A stretch of DNA of 54,140 bases, counting the filler, from Bipalium vagum (lineage: Eukaryota): the NCBI GenBank assembly GCA_037834085.1. It is 2 parts of 2 records of this genome, joined end to end, with 100 filler letters (N's around TTAATTAATTAA, not from the genome) between each part and the next. Parts side by side here need not be neighbours in the genome. Positions count along the whole stretch, not along the records: positions 1 to 27,227 come from JBBMKC010100244.1; 1 more part is not named here. One strand, given 5' to 3'. Each line of letters begins with the position of its first letter. Position 1 is the stretch's first letter. A program made the translations under genes and the position numbers. The notes below the pieces were generated by a model, which had not been told where the DNA came from, did not search any database, and worked only from the letters and a program-made list of their open reading frames with translations. Below, piece by piece: positions 1 through 11,440 of this stretch.

Positions 1-1365
1 TTTTTAGTTTGAACATACTTAGAAAATAAAACAACCCTCCAAAAGTAATTTTTATTTTTAAAGAAGTCCAAAAGAAGTAATTTACAAATATTAATGGTCA
101 TCAGAAAATAATTTTTTAGGGAATTCTAGAGTCTTAATAAAATTTTGAGAATTTTAAGATTAATTTTGAGATTAGTTCAAGAATAATCTCCAGATGAAGA
201 TCAGTTTCAGAAAAGTATATAAGCAGAGGGATTCTATCATAATTTCACACCTTCAGAGAACGTGCGAAATATCTACGACAGAAGAATCTACGACAAAGAT
301 TTTTGTTACGAGATCTACGATAGAAGATTTTTGCTACTACTATTTGCAGGAGAAATTTGTCGCACGGAGGAAGATATTACCATCAAGTATTTTAATAATT
401 GCCGTACTAGGACTACATATGCTTAAATTCCCCATCAGTGGGTTATCGGTGAGCAACCATTAGGGCTCAGACGATAGCTCGGGAGTTTTAGCGGAAAATA
501 AACTGTAAGATTTTTCCTTTTTCTTTTTGTTTTATCTTATTATTTTATTTTAAGTAAACATTAATATTGATTAACATAGTGTATAAGATATATATTTGTT
601 TTAATTAGACTTTGAATTAAACATTATATTTTAATTACTGTTTGATATTAAAGGAACTTATTATTCTATTAATTCCTTTGATTTTATTGTTTTTCGATTA
701 TGTTTTATTTTTGAGAAGTAGCTTGATTGTGAAACATTTCAGACATTAATTGTGATCCCAGACTTTTGATAATTCTTCTGTATTTTCGTGTAGTTTTGTG
801 ATTGTGTGATATAAATACAATTGTTGCTTTACTGATTGTTATTATTTGCACCACCTAAGAGTTGGAGTCAGGTCTAAATTTGATACACTAAATATTGAAC
901 ACAATGATAGACTTCATATCTGGTCACAATTGCGTCTTCTAACTTTGCAACAGCCATTATCTGTAAATCTGCTTCCAAATCTTCTGGTCTTTTATTTTTA
1001 TGCTTCTCTTTCAGATCAAATAAAATTTCATCAATTTATTCAATAAAAAATGAAATCCTGACATTCCTTGAACGATTCTTCAATGCACGAACGTTGAAGA
1101 AACTTGGTGAAGCAATTAGAGTCAATCACTGATTTTGCACCAACCCTTTATTTCGAGAGCCAAACCTCGACTTGATACATGCAAAAAGTTTTGCACAACT
1201 TCTGTATAATAGTTTACTTAATTTAAAATTCATTATGCACTGTCTTAATAATAATAATAATAATAATAATAAAGTTGAATAAGGGATGACATTTAATGTG
1301 AAAATCGTTAGCTTCGTACATGACTTTATATACCTTTGGTACCAAGCAGAACATTAATTATTTAG

Positions 1366-1739
1366 ATAAACTTGACTTAAGGTTTCTGCTATTACTTTAA
1401 TCAAGAATTCCTGAAGCTTTCGAGTTATATAAAATAGGAGAATTTCCGAAGAGGGGTGTGGTTATGATGAGTGTAAAATACATTGGGAAAGCTCCAAAAC
1501 CTTTCTCAACTGAAAGTTTTTAGAAGAAGACTGAAAGAAATGAGAAAAACGTTTCTGGTAAAATATCAACTATTATTTAAAATCAATGATTTCTGGGCAA
1601 AAATAGGTTTTTTAATAACTTAGTATTATTATTATTATTAGGCGAAAGGAAAGCAAATTTCCGAACTGAAGGCAGAAGAAAATTAGAAAATTTCACGGGG
1701 AAGATCCATTAAGGGAAAAATTCCGAGGCAAATGTTTGA
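1366..1739 (+). pseudogene. Decayed multi-exon gene remnant with micro-introns, unknown product
   Basis: Phase-consistent GT-AG introns (24-nt gtttctgctattactttaatcaag; a second from ~1558 to 1641) join DKLDLR-IPEAFELYKIGEFPKRGVVMMSVKYIGKAPKPFSTESF*KK...-GERKANFRTEG. In-frame stops; no family recognised. Confidence 0.35.
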
Positions 1740-1954
1740 GGCTTGAAGAAACATGAATAGACGAGACATTATCTGCGTGGCCTTCTTCGTGCTCGCTGGT
1801 GGGCAGTGCATTCGTCTGATGAGAGAATATTATCAAATATTATTATTCCTCCTTGTAACTTAAGCATTTATTATTCATCATAAATAATTTATAATTTTTT
1901 ATAATTTAAAATATGTTGACATATAATTATATAACTATTTTCAAATAAGGCGAT

Positions 1955-2174
1955 TAGATCGTCATCATTGGCAGTCGATGGCCGTCATGAGCGACCTGAA
2001 TCTTTTAGAGAGAAATCTCCCTCTTTAAGCTTTGAGAACCACTTTTTACACATGCGAGCGTTAATATATTTCGCCATACACTGAGCATATCTTCCTTTGT
2101 GTCTGGGTAGCGTTTTTCCATTTATGAAAATAGAAGAGAAAGACATGGCGATTATGCTGGTCATCATGAGACAT
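1955..2174 (-). mobile_element. mariner transposase 5' fragment (N-terminal HTH)
   Basis: Frameshifted translation MSHDDQHNRHVFLFYFHKWKNATQTQRKICSVYGE / MCKKWFSKLKEGDFSLKDSGRS*RP matches the mariner HTH and 'WF.KF..GDF.L.D..RSGRP' pattern. Confidence 0.85.
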
Positions 2175-2301
2175 TTTAAGGCTTGCTTCATAAATAATGC
2201 AATGACCTACACATTTCAAAATATCACACACTTATTATTTAATAAAACAAATTTCGTTACAAAAATTATTGAATTATAATAAAAAATATAAAAAGTATAA
2301 A

Positions 2302-3170
2302 ATGTATCCTGAGATTCATCTCATCAATTTGTTATTTGATCAATGTCTGGGAGCAAAGTTGAGCAAAAGTCTCCCAGATTTTCTCAGCATTATTTTCAAG
2401 CCTTTATGATGGTCAACCACAGTCAACCCGTACCATGTCAGGTTTCAAGTCGTGAGATGGTGACGTCTTTCCTTTCTCCTCAGAATATTTATAATGTTAA
2501 AGGTTTCCATTCTTTGTTTAAATCGGAACTGCATTATACATATTTCAGATTTATTTCGAACTTCAAAGAGCTTGAACGAAATCTTATTGAAAGTTTACAC
2601 ATTTAACAAGGTAAATCGTGGTTTCCCTTTAAGACTTCGTGTATGGTTACATGAGACTAAAGAGATGATAAACTTCTTCGGACAAACTTTCGCAGTGGAC
2701 TTTCCAAACTTTGCTCTGATTGTACACCTTAGCTTCAGTGAGCAGCTAAATAAACGCCAGTCCAAACTAAATAGAAACAGAATCAAACAATATTATTAAA
2801 GTAAATGCAGAGCACCAAAGAAGGATTTGGAAGTTTTGTTGGGATCAGTCGGGACACAAGGAAAGGAGAAATCCACATAAAACAAGGTTTGGTGAAAGAT
2901 CTCACACTTTTCTCTATGGTTTTTGTCGTCGTTAAGTTAAGCTCACCTATATACCTTTCTAAACATATGAAGCTTTACCGGATTCAGGATGAGATCATTT
3001 CTTTGGGAAAAGAAAAATGTCTTAATTTTATAAGATTTCATAACAAAGACAAATATGTCCTTCATTTATCTTTAGCTCATTTACCTTTGCCATTGAAAAT
3101 TTATATATTACTATATATTTTTAGACAACTTCCGGAAAGGTCTTCATGATAAAGCTGCTGGAAAGAAAGG
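2302..3170 (+). pseudogene. Decayed multi-exon gene-like region with short GT-AG introns, unknown product
   Basis: Higher-GC blocks separated by short GT..AG stretches (e.g. cag|gtttcaag..ctcctcag, aaag|gtttcc..tttcag, caag|gtaaat) and overlapping ORFs; no recognisable domain. Confidence 0.3.
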
Positions 3171-3339
3171 TGAGAGATATATATGACTTAATAGATTTAT
3201 GTATATATAAGTGACTCCAAAACCGATGTAAACTTAATCACCTTTACTCTTATTTTATGTAATTATCTAATTAACATTAACACTATCGAACATTACAAAA
3301 TTATCAATGATTTTTTCATTATTTTCTTTTAAATGATAA

Positions 3340-4371
3340 GAGTCTATTTGCGTATGAATTTCATGTTTCAGGCACTTACAAACTCAGATTAGGGCACATT
3401 TGTTTGAGATTTGATATCTCCAGTAACATGTAATCCGTGAGCATCAACCACACTTTATCATTGATTTTGTTTTCCAAAAATAAAACGCACGCGTCATTGA
3501 AACTCTGCATAAAGCGCATATTATCAACTTTGTCCATGAAATATGTTTTCCATAGCATCGGTTTAATTTTCTGATCGTTCACAGGCGCGAATAAAATACT
3601 TAGTACGTAATGGTTTTGTCTATCGGTGGATTCGTCTATTATAAAATATACTGAATTATCAGCAACTGCCTCTTTGATTAATGTCAATGTTTCTTCTGTA
3701 CAGAGGTTATAGGTACAATTTCCTTAATATAATTTCATCCGGAATATGTTTTCCGGTTTATTTAAGTAAGTATAAATTTATTTCTGAATTATTCGTCCTA
3801 GCAAGAGGAATGCCTCAAACAACTAATGTTCTTGCTGTTTCCAAAAAAACATTTATTTCAAACTTTTCCATTTGAAGAAGTGAGTGCATCATCAATAAAA
3901 GTTTGCTTCTTCGTATTTTTCTCATATTGCAAGTGTTTATGTGCTGATTAATGCTGGTTCGTTGATGTTTTACATTCATTGTTATTAAAACATCACAAAG
4001 ACTGAATTTTAGTACAATTCCATCGCTAACAATATAATCTGCGATTTTCATTACTTTACTTGAGCCTACTTTTGGTTTTTATATACTGTATTAAAAATAG
4101 TTAATTAGGAAATTATAATTGGAGACTAACAATTACTAACTACTAACAATTAGTAACAAAAAATTCTATTCAAATATTGACAAATCAGATTCTTTAAACA
4201 AACATTACATTAATTAATTTCATAAATAAAACTAATAACATTAATTAAAGATGCAAAAATATTCGTAATTTTAAAATAAGGTGCAAATTTTTTAATAGGT
4301 GCTAGCGTTTGAAAATGTTGAAAAAAGGTGAAAATAAAAAAAAGGGGCAGCACCTAAAAATCCTAGCTCTA
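3340..4371 (-). mobile_element. Degenerate hAT-superfamily transposase (CGGBP1-like) with left terminus
   Basis: N-terminal Zn-finger-like 'DGIVLKFSLCDV...INQHINT', then 'YFIIDESTDRQNHYVLSILF', 'VWLMLTD-YML', 'LKQMCPNL...CLKH', typical of CGGBP1-like hAT transposases. Candidate TIR TAGAGCTAGGATTTTTAGGTGC at 4350-4371 (minus). Stops and frameshifts present. Confidence 0.8.
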
Positions 4372-5039
4372 ATAATGATGAAGAAAGAAAAATGTGTGAA
4401 TCATTATTAATCAGAAAAACTATATTTTTTTCTTAATTAAAAATATTAATAAAATTTAAATTAAAAATGATTGGAGCAACATTTGATATTCTGATGAAAG
4501 AAAAAATATAAAATATCTTAGAATTTTGGCTTATTTCCTTTTTATTAGAGGTCGTTCTCCAAATTTTCCTGGTATACAAAAGTATGAAACATTATTTTAT
4601 AAGAATTTTCATTTACATTTTCTTAATTTTTTTTACATTTTATAGTAATTATTTTATATTTTTATAGTTCTTATTTTCCACGCTCTTTTATTTTTTTACT
4701 TTAACAAAAGGAAGTATAATGAACTGAATAGCTAAGCAATTTTATGTATAAAATATTATTTTATAAATATAATAAATAAAACTGAAATGGAAATAAAACA
4801 AGAGTCACTACGTAGTGAGCCCCGACAAAGCAAAGACCATATGTTCAACAGTAAGACAGTTATCCTAAGCCATATCAATTATGAGTCGGATAGATAAAGT
4901 TTTGATTAATTATGATAATAATAAGTGATAAGTTTTTGTTAATATTATTATCACTTATTATTAATTATATCGCTTGTACTTTCCTAATCATTATATCATT
5001 ATTTACTGAGCTTACTTTTATTTATATTCATATTTGAAG

Positions 5040-5444
5040 GAGATGGGCCACTGTAATTTTCTTTTTCCTTTACGTTAAGCTTTTTGAAAACGACCTGCTG
5101 CCCAGACTCCAGTCGAGACTGAGGTTTCTGTATATTATTCTTTTTTCCTTTAATATTAACGGAATTAAATGAAATATAAATGTCTCCTAAGACTCAGAGG
5201 TTTGTCCTATTGTTCTCCTCTAATTTCAACGTTACTGAGTTTATTTATAAAATTCTTTATAATCAAAATGAAAATATCAAAGTTATTTAATACAAGTTCT
5301 CCGAGGGCTCCATGGAAATCCCAGAGACTGTATTTTTTCGCTTGGTGCAAATATTTACCTTCGCACTGATGGAATGTCTAGAGGAACAGAATTATTTGCC
5401 TGCAAGGGACATTATGCTTATGGCTATCAAATGTCATACAGTAG
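5040..5444 (+). pseudogene. KIAA0513-like / SBF1-SBF2-domain gene fragment
   Basis: Exon 5297-5444 (AG acceptor, GTAAG donor) encodes FSEGSMEIPETVFFRLVQIFTFALMECLEEQNYLPARDIMLMAIKCHTV, resembling the KIAA0513 segment as I recall it ([35 protein letters not shown]). Upstream micro-exons have a TAA at 5177-5179. Downstream exons were not found; TE fragments follow. Confidence 0.6.
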
Positions 5445-5839
5445 GTAAGCTAAATAAACTATTAAATTAAAAATTATGACAATATGAAATAATAATAATA
5501 ATAAATAATACTAATAATAACTACTGATAATAATAGTAATAACACATTTGTTATCGTAATTGAGAATATTCTTAAAAATATTATTTAAGTACAAAATAGA
5601 CTAAATTTAAAAGTGTTTGCGCTATTAATTCTTTATTATTAGGTTAAGTTAGAAATACGGGTTTTTAAAAAAACGAATTCTTATACCGAAAACAACAAAT
5701 ATTTATTTTAATCTAAAAGACAATGTTCACTATTGTCAGTGACTTTTAGCCTTCGTTCAAGAAGGGAAGAAATGCTCTTCTCGAAGAAATTGCTGTTCTG
5801 GGATAGGTAGTAAGGTTATGAAAGGTTATCTTTGCCTAT

Positions 5840-6374
5840 TTTTTTGTCAACCACTCAACGACGATTACGAGGGAAAGGTATGTTTACAACTATTGCAGTA
5901 ACAAAACCACTACTTTGTCGTCTTAGTAAAAGATTAGAATTTGCTATTAAGCATAAAGATTGGACAATCAATGAGTGGAAATCAATGTTATGAACTGATG
6001 AATCAAAATTTGAACTTTTTGGAAGTCATCGTCGACAATTTGTTCGAAGAAAATTTAATGAGCTATATAAACCCCAGCGCATTTCATCTACATTTGAACA
6101 TGGATGTGGTTCATTAATGATAGGGGTTGTTTTGCTTATGATGGAGTTGGCGCGTTAGTGAAAATTGATGGCGTATAAGAAAAGACCAATATTCAGTAAT
6201 GCGCAATACCATGTGGTAATGTAATTTTAATAAAAAGTATTTTAATTTTAAACTTAAAAAAGGAAATATATCAAAATCATTAAATTAAGTGAACAAAACC
6301 AATTATATAAGACTGGAATCTTCAATTTTCCCCTTTTTCATTAGGGCTTTTCAAACTGTTGACCAGAAGTGTAT
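5840..6374 (+). mobile_element. Tc1-family (DD34E) transposase fragment with probable 3' end
   Basis: STTQRRLRGKGM..KPLL..RLEFAIKHKDWTINEWKSML*TDESKFELFGS..VRR...HGCGSLM-GCFAYDGVGALVKIDG; the element-end-like ...aactgttgaccagaagtgTA lies at ~6374. Confidence 0.9.
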
Positions 6375-6375
6375 A

Positions 6376-6626
6376 TTTGTCAGATCTTCAGTCTTAACAA
6401 AATTTCTTAGACGGTAAACCTTTCAATTCTAATGAAGATATAAAAATAACCTGGATCAATTTTTCCTAAGTAAAGATCAGAATTTTATGAACGTGTAATC
6501 ATGCTTCTATCAGAAAGATGGCAGATGTTGGACCAAAACAGTCAATATGTAATGCAATAAAAATATTTTTAGTACGCAATAAATGGATTTTGTTTTTCAT
6601 TTAAAAAGTTTCCTAACAACCTAACA
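6376..6626 (+). mobile_element. mariner transposase C-terminal fragment and 3' TIR remnant
   Basis: QNFLDGKPFNSNEDIK-NLDQFFLSKDQNF-ER..IMLLSERWQ..DQNSQY, followed by tttcctaacaacctaa. Confidence 0.85.
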
Positions 6627-7089
6627 CCTATGTGAAAGTGTAAAATTTAAAATATAAAAAATAATCTCACCAATATTTTATATTTTAAAAGTATTATATA
6701 TTGGACAATTTATTTCGTTCTAACTATTCTCGGTTGATGAAAAATATCCACTTCAGAAATGTAATATATAAAATATTTTTTTACTCTTTTTTATTTTAAC
6801 AATTTTAAAATTGGATTTTTTTGGGAGTTCTAAAATAATTTAGAAATTTTAATTTTCAAAAGCATTTATAAAAATTAGCTTAAAAAATTTTTACATTTTA
6901 TATTATAAAGTGAAAATAAATAAATTTCATAATATAAATATTAATTAATAATATTTCCTTTACAAATTAGCATTTTACGTAGTCTGCACCAAAAATTGCT
7001 ATATAAATCAATAATAATTGATTATTGTGACTATTTATCTCCAAAAAAGCATTATGTATTTTTTTGACTAATTCATGTTAAACTTTAGG

Positions 7090-7977
7090 TTGGTAGTCAT
7101 CATACACAATGTTTAAAATCATTTTCAAAATATTTTCCATAATTTTCAAATCTGGGGATCTTGCTGGCCAATTCAAGACTTGAAAAGATTGTGTCTCCAA
7201 ATATTATTGAGATTTTCTGGAAACATGGATTGGACAATTATCCTGAATATCATGATAGCCTTCATATAATTGATATTGGTAATGAGCACAGTAAAGTCTT
7301 TGAAAAGGCGAATGTATTTTACACTGTCTTGCTTTCTTTCCAATATTTTGACAGCAATTAGACCGATTTGAATAGTCATAACCTACACCAAAATTCCTCC
7401 ACCTTGACATTGACGTTTTTGAAGCTGAGATGTTTCTCCTTTTTGTTTTTGTTAAGCCTATGTATTATAAATGTCTTTAAAATATCAATAATTATTTAAT
7501 ACGAGTTGTCAGACCCGTCAAGACTGAATTTTTTCATACATAAATATCGCTATATGTCAATCCACTGTGAAACCAAACGAATTGCTTCCAAGTTATGTTT
7601 ATTAGAATGCATAATTTTCTGTGCCACCTTTCGATATCGCATATCATTCTTCAGAATCCAATTATTTAATATTCTTCTGGACACATCTATACTAGTTAAC
7701 TGCAATACTTTGTTGCAAATAACCTTGTGATGATTATCAGCCTCTTTTGATGCATTTCTTTTGATATTAAGAACACCAACCTTCTTTAACTTTATTTTTG
7801 GTCCTCGCTTCTGCTAGTGAGTCTTTAATTTGTAAGTTCTAATAGTTTTAACTTTATTCTTTTTCAGATCAAATCTACTGAAATTTGTCTGTATGATTCA
7901 TCCAATGAACGTTTGAACATATTTCTTAATTCCTTAGTATAATATTGATTATTACAACTTATAGTAATCTTTGACAT
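7090..7977 (-). mobile_element. Near full-length degenerate Tc1/Tc3-like (DD34E) transposase with an intron-like insert
   Basis: QKRGPKIKL.., 'EKKFSLDGSDN'-type first-D region, 'QKRQCQGGGILV', 'IQDNCPIHVSRKS', 'VLNWPARSPDLKIMENIL'. 45-nt GT..AG insert at 7458-7502. Confidence 0.85.
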
Positions 7978-9429
7978 TATTTTAAATTTTCTTGGAAAAA
8001 TAATAAAATTTGAGAACCAATCAATTAATATTGTACAAGTAAACATTAATTTAATCTAATTTACAACGATTTATTAATTTTATCACATTATAACAAATCA
8101 TAAAAGTAGTCTTCATTTTGATTGGTTTCTGATATTCTTATATGCTTTTGTTTGTTTTCTGTTTTTGATTTTTAATTGTTCTCATTATTGCACTCAATAG
8201 GTTCAGACTAACATGGGGATACCATAAATGAAAACACCAATGAAAATCAACCACTCGGGATATTCTAAAAAGGAGAAACTCTGCATGTCAACTGAAATTC
8301 AGGCCAGCATGAGGATACTGGCCTTAATTAATGTTCGTGTTGAGAATCATCCACATTGCATTCCATCAGGTAGTTAAGAGTCTCCTCTCTCTGGTCTGTT
8401 ATTAGAAGGAATTGATCCATGATTATCCCCCCATACCTTCCGGAGATAAGGTGCAGGAGACAACTACTGAAATCCATCCTCACCTTCAAAGACCTGTAAA
8501 AGTGCGAATCATGGATGGATAAACCAACAGGCTCCTCCAGATCACTTCTAGCAAGTGATAGCCTACCACCCTTTCTAGAATTTCAAGTTTCATTTTGAGT
8601 TCTTCTTCCGGATAAAGCAAGTCTTTCAATATAGCCTTCGTGTCGTTTCGTAAAAATAATATAATCCTAAAATTTTGAAAATTTTACAATTATAAATAAT
8701 AAAGAGATTATAATTAAGACTTACGAATTCTGGGAAAAAATTGGAAAAAATGATAATTATGGACACGAGGAATCTTCAACACAATGCTGCCATTATTTTT
8801 GCTCCTTGTCAAGTCGTCAATCACTTACTCAGTTCTTGAATTAACAAGTCCTTTTCATCCTGAAATTTCAGAATCCGTGGAAATGGCAATTATCTGGGGA
8901 AATGGTATCATTAAATCTACGGTTTCACAATAATTACTTTTTCCTTCCATAAATATAAAATTGACAATTTAGAGTCAAAGTGAAATTTTCGCCGCTCAAT
9001 GATTATCAGATTTTTTCCGTAAATCTCAGAAATGGAATTAATCCTGAAATGCCTTTTAGAAAGTGAAATCTGAAATTTAATAGAATTACCGAAAAAGGTT
9101 TTCGAAAATTCAACGGAGTCATTTTTTACAATTGAAAATTTTGAGATTAAAATGTCATTTGACGTTGTGCAATTCTTGATCCATACATTTCGTTGAAATT
9201 AAATTATTTATATTTCCATCTTACCGAAGGTGAGCAAATATGCTGAAATAAACCTTATTTTCAGAAAACTTTCCATGAATTCAAAAATACCCAAACTATA
9301 AGTAGTTATATGAAAAAATAATAGCAAAACATAAATTGATTTTTTAAGAAATAAGAACTTTTATTGTGTACAACATGTGGCACAAACTGAAAATGAATTA
9401 TACATTCATAATTCCTGCAAACAACATAT

Positions 9430-9854
9430 TTGCATATGTAATAACTATGCGACGCATAAAAGCGGCCAGATTTTCAGATTTTCAAGCACCTTTGAGTCTG
9501 AAATTCCCACAATTCATGCGGATCTAGTCTAGGTAGCTTATATTAACTTTCTCAGATGTCGACTAATGGTGTCTTTCAATGGTCCGGTCTTCTAGATACA
9601 TACCATATGGAGGCATTTTGGTGATCAATTAGTGATTCGTGTAGAACCAAAATAATTATTTCAGGAGGCCTTTCTTGGCTGCGCTGATCATCGAGACTAA
9701 TATCCGTTTTGAAACTTTTTCAACCAATATGAAGCTGTGCTATAGGCAAAGACACCTTCAATATCACAAATAGTCCATATGGTGACAGCAATAATAAATC
9801 CCCTTTTCCAACAATGACGGATCAAACCTCGAATTGCAATTTTTCTTTACTCAT
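9430..9854 (-). mobile_element. mariner transposase 5' fragment
   Basis: MSKEKLQ.., 'STASYWLKKFQNG-ISLDDQRSQERP', 'TISRHLRKL', 'PHEL'; heavily mutated. Confidence 0.7.
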
Positions 9855-11314
9855 TTTACTATAATTATGAATTCAAATAAATATCATTGATTTGTTTATT
9901 TAAACAATACTTACAAATATAATTTGATGGGAAAATACCAGTGATATCAATTTTTTAAGAATTATTATTAAATATTTATTTTAATAAAAGAAAATTAAAC
10001 TATCAAGTCATGGAAACTTTTTGATAAAAACTAATAACCAAATTGATAAGGGAAATTTTAAATACATCAAGCAGGTAATAACAAACCAGTACAATTCCTT
10101 AAGATTCAATACAGCTTTGGAAGCCGTTATAAACTATTTCAAAGCAATGCTGATGATCTTTATTTTTGTGGAGATTGATTGTTAATATAAAAAATGATCA
10201 TCCAGATAATATTCAAAACGAACACCCGGGATTCTTTTCTATAAACGTGACAAAACATCAAAATAATATTCGCCATTACAGCCTAACTCTCTTGAATTTT
10301 TTTATGGAGAATAAACATGGATTCAAAAAAAACTTTCAGCAATGTTCTTTTATTTCAGTTCCTTTAAAATAGTATTTTTAATTACCTGAAGATATCCATT
10401 TCTCTGTCTGGGGCTTTATCAGTGATTCATATTGAAAGCACTATGTTTCTTCAACAGTTTCAATGGTTCCAATGAATTTTTGATTTGAATCAACCGTCGT
10501 TTCACACCAAAACATGGTAAATGAATTATAAGAGTTGCAGAATAATCTTCAAAATAGCTTGCTCATTTCCACAAGACACAATTAATGGACTTATTTTAAG
10601 ATTTCCTGAAAATGTAGGTTATCTTTTTAGAATATAACGAGATTGTAATTTTTCTAGTCTTAATAAATAACAAATAAAATTAAAAATAATTAATTAGATT
10701 TATTTTTATTTCTAGTTAGTTATCGTAAAAAACAACGCACAGCTTGTTTCTACCTCTCTTCATTCCTCAAATGCCATTCCATTTGGAAATCGTCATCCTT
10801 ATGGGATATGTGCTCCATTAAGTCAACTCAAGAAGATCCTTTCCAAACCGGAACAATGTAATTATTTATTTAGTATTTTTAATTAATTATTTCTATTTAT
10901 TATCATCATTTTATTATTTTACTTAATAAAATGAAATTATTGTGAAAGAAAGTAATTCCTTACCACAGTGTACTTAAAGTCATTGAAGTCATTCAAAATT
11001 GAGAAATAATAAATAATGTCATGAAAAATAAAATTCATCCGGAAAGTGTTGCACCATGTAGGCGTCTAATTAACCTTAAGTCACCAATTTTTTATTCTTC
11101 CCCAATAAAAGCACTAATAATGCACTAATAATAATAATAATTTTTATATATTCTTCTTCATTATCTTCAAATGACATCACTATCATTGTTTTCATAAAAT
11201 TATCTTCATTATTATTGGACAAACGAAAAAACCCTTTTTAATTCTTAAAAAATTGAAAATTATTTTATAATTTAAAAAATTGTTTTCCAAAATATCAGTT
11301 AAAGGAAACATTAA

Positions 11315-11440
11315 TCATCCATTGATTTCTCCATTTTTGTAATTCATTTCTGGTGTCTGTCTTTTAATGACCAATGATTCGCATATTTTTCGTTCTTCAT
11401 AATTATCAAAATTGTTCATTACTACAATAAATTCATAAAT
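11315..11440 (-). mobile_element. Penelope-like element GIY-YIG endonuclease C-terminal fragment
   Basis: EFIVVMNNFDNYEERKICESLVIKRQTPEMN fits the PLE GIY-YIG C-terminal pattern F.I....R.I.E.L.I....P.LN. Confidence 0.55.

Noticed and set aside
194-463. 89-aa ORF with short atctacga repeats
   Set aside because: No recognisable domain; probably a chance ORF over a small tandem repeat.
1810-1845. Hammerhead ribozyme core (CTGATGA...), also considered at ~468 and ~23839
   Set aside because: No properly paired stem II followed by GAAA, and no closing stems I/III.
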